Assembly (NCBI GenBank): GCA_964610645.1
Contig: CAZSZE010000012.1
Location: 5,095-69,094, forward strand
DNA length: 64,000 nucleotides
Source: an uncultured Enterobacterales bacterium
GTDB taxonomy: Bacteria; Myxococcota_A; UBA796; CAJQPC01
Direction of reading: 5' to 3'
Of the stretch, positions 57,402 to 64,000 are shown in pieces. Both the position numbers and the translations under genes were made by a program. Below the pieces are notes generated by a model that was not told the DNA's origin, made no database searches, and saw nothing but the letters and a program-made list of their open reading frames with translations. The stretch's first letter is position 1. The number at the start of each line of letters is the position of its first letter.

Positions 57402-58277
57402 ATGTTCCAGACCTCATCTTCCGGGCGGGCAGCGGGCTGGAGCGCTTGGGCTCTTCTCTTGGGGGCGTCCTTGTGGTCTGGCATCGCCTTGGCCGCTGAC
57501 GCAGAACAGGAGTTCGCGATTCGTTGTGCGGCCTGTCACTCCATCGGGGAGGGCCGGCGAGTAGGACCCGACCTGCAGGGGGTTCTGGATCGTCGCACTG
57601 AGGATTGGGCTGTCGCTTTTGTTCAAGACTCCGCAAAGGTGGTCGCGTCGGGGGATGCCGAGGCGGTGGCCTTGTTCACCGAATTTGCCCAGATTCCGAT
57701 GCCGCCTCAGGATTTGTCCCGAGAGGTGATTCTGGACCTTCTTGAGTTGACCCGGGTGGCGAAAGACCCTGGGAGCACTCCGGATGCCCCCGCTGCCGAG
57801 GAAGCTGTAGCCGTGATGGGCGATGCTGATCGGGGACAGGACTTGTTTCAGGGAATTCAGCGATTCGAAAAGAAAGGCCCGAGCTGCATTTCTTGTCACA
57901 GCGTCCGAAATGACGCAGTCATCAGTGGGGGCTTGTTGGGGCCGGAGCTGACCGAGACGCTCAAGGGGATGGATGCTCCCGCTGCCGGCCAGGCCAAGGT
58001 GGGAGGGTTTGTGCAGGCACAGCCGATCATGCAGCGGGCCTATGTGGACCACGCTCCCACAGACCAGGAGGTCGCGGATCTGGCTGCCTTTCTGGTCCGA
58101 ATCAACAAGGACCAGGCTCGCCATATGCCTGGTGACACCGGGCGAAAGCTGGCGATGAGTGGGGCGGTGGGGACGGTTCTCCTTCTGGGCTTGTACAGCG
58201 CCATTTGGAGAAAGCGAAAGAGATTCAGCGTGAACGAGAGCATCTACGATCGACAGATCAAGTCATCTGACCTCTAA
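57402..58277 (+). CDS. Membrane-anchored dihaem c-type cytochrome (NarC-like position upstream of narG)
   Basis: The ATG at 57402 gives MFQTSSSGRAAGWSAWALLLGASLWSGIALA (signal peptide). Haem motifs are CAACHS and CISCHS. The C-terminal TM helix is AMSGAVGTVLLLGLYSAIW. Confidence 0.7.
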   Translation: MFQTSSSGRAAGWSAWALLLGASLWSGIALAADAEQEFAIRCAACHSIGEGRRVGPDLQGVLDRRTEDWAVAFVQDSAKVVASGDAEAVALFTEFAQIPMPPQDLSREVILDLLELTRVAKDPGSTPDAPAAEEAVAVMGDADRGQDLFQGIQRFEKKGPSCISCHSVRNDAVISGGLLGPELTETLKGMDAPAAGQAKVGGFVQAQPIMQRAYVDHAPTDQEVADLAAFLVRINKDQARHMPGDTGRKLAMSGAVGTVLLLGLYSAIWRKRKRFSVNESIYDRQIKSSDL

Positions 58278-58301
58278 GACACAAGAAACACGGGGAACAT
58301 C

Positions 58302-61300
58302 ATGGGCTGGATCAAGGACATCATCTCTCCGGACACCCGAAAGTGGGAGGAGTTCTACCGAAATCGGTTTCAACACGACCGAATCGTTCGGAGCACGCAC
58401 GGGGTGAATTGCACGGGGGGTTGTTCCTGGCAGATCCACGTAAAGGACGGAATCGTCACCTGGGAAACGCAGCAGCTTGACTACCCGCTGCTGGAGGATG
58501 GGCTGCCTCCCTACGAGCCCCGTGGATGCCAGCGGGGAATCTCCTATTCCTGGTATCTGTACAGCCCACTTCGTATCAAGTATCCGCTGATTCGCAGTGC
58601 CTTGCTCCAGGCATATCGTCAGAAAAAGGCTGAGCAGGGAGGCGACCCCATGAAGGCGTGGGTCGCCTTGCAAGAGGATGAGGATGCGCGTCGCAACTAC
58701 CAGAAGGCTCGGGGCAAGGGTGGCTTCCTTCGGGCAACTTGGGATGAGGCGCTGGAAATCGCAGCGATGGCCAACCTGTATACGGCGAAGAAGTACGGGC
58801 CAGACCGCGTAATCGGGTTTTCCCCAATTCCAGCGATGTCCATGCTGTCCTATGCGGCGGGATCCCGCTTTCTGCAGCTCTTTGGCGGCATCAATCTGAG
58901 TTTTTACGACTGGTATTGTGACCTGCCCACCGCCTTCCCCGAGATCTGGGGCGAACAGACCGATGTGGGGGAGAGCGCCGACTGGTACAACGCCAAGATG
59001 ATCGCCGACATGGGGGCTTGTCTGAACATGACACGCACCCCGGACTGTCACTTTTTCGCAGAGTCGCGCCACAATGGCACCAAGGCTGTGGTGTTTGCGC
59101 CCGACTTCAGCCAGGTCTGCAAGTATGCGGACCAGTGGGTTCCGCTTCATGCGGGAAGCGACGGAGCCTTCTGGATGGCGGTCACCCACGTGATCCTCAA
59201 GGAGTTTCATCACGAGCAGAAGACGCCGTTCTTCCTGGACTACGTAAAGCAGTATACGGACAGCCCCTACCTTGTGAAGCTGGACAGTGAGGGGGGGCAC
59301 TTCAAGCCGGGTCGTCTTCTCCGGGCGTCGGACCTTCCCGCCTACCAGGATGTGGAAAAGGGCGAGTGGAAGTTCGTCAACATTGATGAAACGACAGGGC
59401 AGCCCGTGGTTCCGAAGGGGAGCTCCGGTTCCCGCTGGGATGGCTCCGGCAACTGGAACATGAAGTCGGAAGACGCAGTCAATCATCAACCCTACGATCC
59501 GGTCTTGTCCCTTCTTGGACGGGGCGGTGGCGTCGCACAGACGGAGTTCACCGAGTTCGGGTTGGACAACAAGGTGCTCCGCGGCGTGCCTACCATGGAG
59601 ATCCAAACGGTCAACGGACCCCAGACCGTCACCACGGTCTACGATCTGATGATGGCCCAGTATGGGGTGTCTCGAGATCTTCCGGGTGACTACCCGAGTG
59701 ACTACTCCGACAAGGACGCTGCATACACCCCGGCCTGGCAGGAGATCTTCACCGGAGTGGCCACCGACACGGTGCTGCAGTTTGCCCGTGAGTGGGCGTC
59801 GACGGCTGAAACCACCGGCGGCAAGTGCATGATTATCATCGGGGCTGGCATCAACCACTGGTACCACTCAAACCTGATGTACCGGGCCGGCGCCATGGCG
59901 CTCATGCTCTGTGGCTGTGTCGGAAAGAACGGCGGTGGGCTGAATCACTACGTGGGACAGGAAAAGCTGGCTCCCGTGGATTCATGGGGTTCGATCGCCT
60001 TCGCCAAGGACTGGAAGAAGGCTCCCCGCCTCCAGCAGGCTCCCATCTGGCACTACATCAACACTTGTCAGTACCGCTACGACGGACAGTTTTCACGCTA
60101 CAACACCGTCCCCGACAATGACATGACGAGGATGCATACGGCGGACAGCATCTTCAAGTCTGTGCGAATGGGTTGGATGCCGTTCTACCCCCAGTTCAAG
60201 CAGAACTCGCTGGAGCTGACAAAGGAGGCCCAGGAAGCTGGTGCAGGCACGGACGCGGAGATTGAGAACTACGTGTTGGAGAAGCTCAAGTCCAAGGACC
60301 TTGAGTATGCTGTGTCGGATCCGGAGGCGCCGGAGAACTTTCCGCGGCTCTGGTACATCTGGCGAGGCAACGCCATCATGGGGTCGATGAAGGGGCATGA
60401 GTATTGCCTGAAGCACTACCTGGGAACCCACTCCAATGCCATCGGACAAGACAGCGAGGAGCATCCCGCTGAGGTGAACTGGAGAGAGGAAGCGCCCGTC
60501 GGAAAGATGGACCTGATCGTCAACCTCAACTTCCGCATGGACAGCTCGGCCTTGTACTCGGACATCGTCCTACCTGCAGCCTCCTGGTACGAGAAGGCTG
60601 ACCTGAACAGCACGGACCTGCACTCGTTTATTCATCCTCTTTCGGCGGCCATTCCACCTGTTTGGGAGTCAAAGACGGATTGGGACATCTTCAAGGAGCT
60701 TGCCCGCTGCACAAGTGAGGCGGCAAAGAAGTATCTACCTGAGCCTCAAAAGGACGTGATTGCGGCACCCCTCTCCCACGACTCGCCAGGAGAGGTGAGC
60801 CAGCCTGAGATCAAGGACTGGTACCTGGGCGAGTGTGAGGCTGTGCCCGGTGAGACAATGCACAAGATTATCGTGCAGGACCGGGACTACACCGCCCTGT
60901 ACGACGAGTTTATCGCCTTGGGCGAGAACGTCCGAAAGAACGGACTTGGGGCCCACGGGAACCACTTTCAGTGCGAGGACGAGTATGACGCGATGGTGGC
61001 GTCAAACCACTTCCCGGTGGAGCGGCGGGGTGACAAGGTGTTCCCCTCCCTGAAGGAAGACAAGTGGGCTGCAAACGCGGTGTTGCACCTTTCTTCACTC
61101 ACCAACGGGAAGCTCACTGTCCGCGCATACGAGAACGCGGCAAAGAAGACGAGTCTGCCACTGGTGCCGCTTGGAGCGGGGAGTGCGGACGTGCGGATTC
61201 GCTACGAGGATCTTCAGGCCCAACCACGGCGTTACAACTCCTCCCCGTTGTGGTCCGGGTTGATGCATGAAGGCCGCGCCTACTCTGCGTACACCTACAA

Positions 61301-61916
61301 CGTGGAGCAACTGGTTCCCTGGCGGACACTGACCGGCCGACAGCACTTTTATCTGGACCACGAGATGTACCTCGCCTACGGCGAGAACCTCCCGACATTC
61401 AAGCCATCACCAAAGCCGGCAGCGTATGGGGACTTGAAACAGACGATCAAGGAGGGTGACGCAAGAATCCTGAACTGCCTTACCCCACACGGCAAGTGGC
61501 ACATCCATTCAACCTACATGGAGAACCACCGCATGTTGACCCTGTCTCGAGGCTGTGAGCCCGTCTGGATCAGCGAAAAGGATGCAGAGGCCTTGGGCAT
61601 TCAGGACAACGACTGGTGCGAGGTGTACAACGACCATGGCGTCTACTGCACTCGCGCTGCGGTCAGCGCTCGGATTCCGCTTGGCGTGTGCATCGTGTAC
61701 CACGTCCCCGAACGCACTGTTGGGATTCCGAAATCCCAGGTTCGCGGGGGGAAACGAGCAGGTGGGCACAACAGCTTTACCCGGATTCACCTGAAGCCGA
61801 ACTTCCTCGCCGGGGGCTACGGGCAGTTCAGCTACCACTTCAACTACTGGGGTCCAATCGCTCCCCAGCGGGACACCCATGTGATCGTCAAGCGCATGGA
61901 CAAGTTGGAATGGTAG
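58302..61916 (+). CDS. narG: Respiratory nitrate reductase alpha subunit
   Basis: 1204 aa. The N-terminal FS0 motif is [11 protein letters not shown] (H-x3-C-x3-C). No twin-arginine signal is present. Colinear NarG hallmarks run throughout ([26 protein letters not shown]). Confidence 0.95.
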   Translation: MGWIKDIISPDTRKWEEFYRNRFQHDRIVRSTHGVNCTGGCSWQIHVKDGIVTWETQQLDYPLLEDGLPPYEPRGCQRGISYSWYLYSPLRIKYPLIRSALLQAYRQKKAEQGGDPMKAWVALQEDEDARRNYQKARGKGGFLRATWDEALEIAAMANLYTAKKYGPDRVIGFSPIPAMSMLSYAAGSRFLQLFGGINLSFYDWYCDLPTAFPEIWGEQTDVGESADWYNAKMIADMGACLNMTRTPDCHFFAESRHNGTKAVVFAPDFSQVCKYADQWVPLHAGSDGAFWMAVTHVILKEFHHEQKTPFFLDYVKQYTDSPYLVKLDSEGGHFKPGRLLRASDLPAYQDVEKGEWKFVNIDETTGQPVVPKGSSGSRWDGSGNWNMKSEDAVNHQPYDPVLSLLGRGGGVAQTEFTEFGLDNKVLRGVPTMEIQTVNGPQTVTTVYDLMMAQYGVSRDLPGDYPSDYSDKDAAYTPAWQEIFTGVATDTVLQFAREWASTAETTGGKCMIIIGAGINHWYHSNLMYRAGAMALMLCGCVGKNGGGLNHYVGQEKLAPVDSWGSIAFAKDWKKAPRLQQAPIWHYINTCQYRYDGQFSRYNTVPDNDMTRMHTADSIFKSVRMGWMPFYPQFKQNSLELTKEAQEAGAGTDAEIENYVLEKLKSKDLEYAVSDPEAPENFPRLWYIWRGNAIMGSMKGHEYCLKHYLGTHSNAIGQDSEEHPAEVNWREEAPVGKMDLIVNLNFRMDSSALYSDIVLPAASWYEKADLNSTDLHSFIHPLSAAIPPVWESKTDWDIFKELARCTSEAAKKYLPEPQKDVIAAPLSHDSPGEVSQPEIKDWYLGECEAVPGETMHKIIVQDRDYTALYDEFIALGENVRKNGLGAHGNHFQCEDEYDAMVASNHFPVERRGDKVFPSLKEDKWAANAVLHLSSLTNGKLTVRAYENAAKKTSLPLVPLGAGSADVRIRYEDLQAQPRRYNSSPLWSGLMHEGRAYSAYTYNVEQLVPWRTLTGRQHFYLDHEMYLAYGENLPTFKPSPKPAAYGDLKQTIKEGDARILNCLTPHGKWHIHSTYMENHRMLTLSRGCEPVWISEKDAEALGIQDNDWCEVYNDHGVYCTRAAVSARIPLGVCIVYHVPERTVGIPKSQVRGGKRAGGHNSFTRIHLKPNFLAGGYGQFSYHFNYWGPIAPQRDTHVIVKRMDKLEW

Positions 61917-61953
61917 TCCGCGTCCCTTCACCCCTGCAGACTCGAGGCAAGTC

Positions 61954-63510
<1,557 letters not shown>

Positions 63511-63511
63511 G

Positions 63512-64000
63512 ATGTTGATTCGAGCTCATTACGAACAGCTTTCCAGCTTGTTTTTGTATCCGGATGACAACTATCTGCCTCGCCTGGAGACCACGATGAT
63601 GGCCCTGCAGGGGAAGCACCCGGCGGCTGCGGCATCCTTGAAGGAGTTTCTGTCCCTTGTGCCGGGCGAGACCGATCGCGGCCTCGCTCCCTTGCAACGG
63701 CTCCAGGAGATCTTCACGCGCACCTTCGAGGTCCAGTCGATCACCACACTGGACGTGGGGTACTTGATGTTCGGCGACGATTACAAGCGAGCCGAGCTGC
63801 TGGTGCAGCTGAACCGCGAGCTTCAGGAAGCCAAGGTGGTTGTTGGTACGGAGCTTCCCGACCACCTCTCAAGCATCTTGCGACTGCTTGCCAGGTGGGA
63901 CGATTTCGAGACTGCGCAGGAATTGGTGCAGCTCCTTCTTCACCCGGCAGTCGGAGCAATGATCTTCGAGTTTCGGGAAGAGCGCATAGAGCAAAGAAAT
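63512..64000 (+). CDS. narJ: Nitrate reductase Mo-cofactor assembly chaperone (NarJ/TorD family); 3' end beyond window
   Basis: This ORF is not in the track because it is open-ended. I translated it from the ATG at 63512: MLIRAHYEQLSSLFLYPDD...LQEIFTRTFEVQ...YLMFGDDYKRAELLV...ELPDHLSSILRLLA, with no stop to 64000. The position after narH and the helical TorD-like pattern support the call. Confidence 0.7.
   Translation, partial: MLIRAHYEQLSSLFLYPDDNYLPRLETTMMALQGKHPAAAASLKEFLSLVPGETDRGLAPLQRLQEIFTRTFEVQSITTLDVGYLMFGDDYKRAELLVQLNRELQEAKVVVGTELPDHLSSILRLLARWDDFETAQELVQLLLHPAVGAMIFEFREERIEQRN

Overview
This is a gene-dense, high-GC (roughly 60-65% by eye) bacterial chromosomal segment. I found no rRNA, tRNA, CRISPR array, transposase or integrase. 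All calls come from reading the supplied translations and DNA; no database search was possible. Functional names therefore rest on motifs I recognise, and start codons are best guesses (the ORF track uses GTG/TTG starts and often over-extends N-termini). The gene style suggests a Myxococcota/Bradymonadia-like organism, which is inference only: acidic lipoproteins, MopE-type Cys repeats, FG-GAP/VCBS propellers, a giant Ser/Thr kinase and a sigma-54 activator.

Recognisable content:
- Two respiratory modules: an A1-type aa3 cytochrome c oxidase operon (ctaC-ctaD-ctaE-subunit IV-second subunit III-like-small protein-dihaem cytochrome c, minus strand, ~27.9-33.1 kb) and a narG-narH-narJ nitrate reductase preceded by a membrane-anchored dihaem cytochrome c (57.4-64.0 kb, runs off the window).
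- Housekeeping and metabolic genes: pheS, aldehyde dehydrogenase, beta-ureidopropionase-type CN hydrolase, NCS2 permease, AidB-like acyl-CoA dehydrogenase.
- A three-member family of paralogous FG-GAP lipoproteins.

Most interesting, functionally unassigned parts:
1. A radical-SAM-centred neighbourhood (49.5-57.3 kb). It holds a B12-type rSAM with a non-canonical CX4CX2C motif, a translationally coupled second rSAM, a paralog of that enzyme that has lost the cluster cysteines, a sulfotransferase, three small lipoproteins and a GAF/SARP regulator.
2. A four-gene module (23.8-27.9 kb): ferritin-like di-iron membrane protein, carbamoyltransferase, DUF5989-like mini membrane protein and SGNH-like membrane protein. 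All its junctions are ATGA/GTGA overlaps, and the same kind of overlap joins it to the end of the cytochrome oxidase operon.
3. A globin-coupled histidine kinase and a sigma-54 activator flanking a near-consensus -24/-12 promoter in front of an orphan boxB-like di-iron epoxidase gene (19.0-23.7 kb).
4. A MerR, two CrtI-like flavoproteins and two tandem small paralogs forming an operon whose codon usage looks foreign to its flanks (36.1-41.1 kb).
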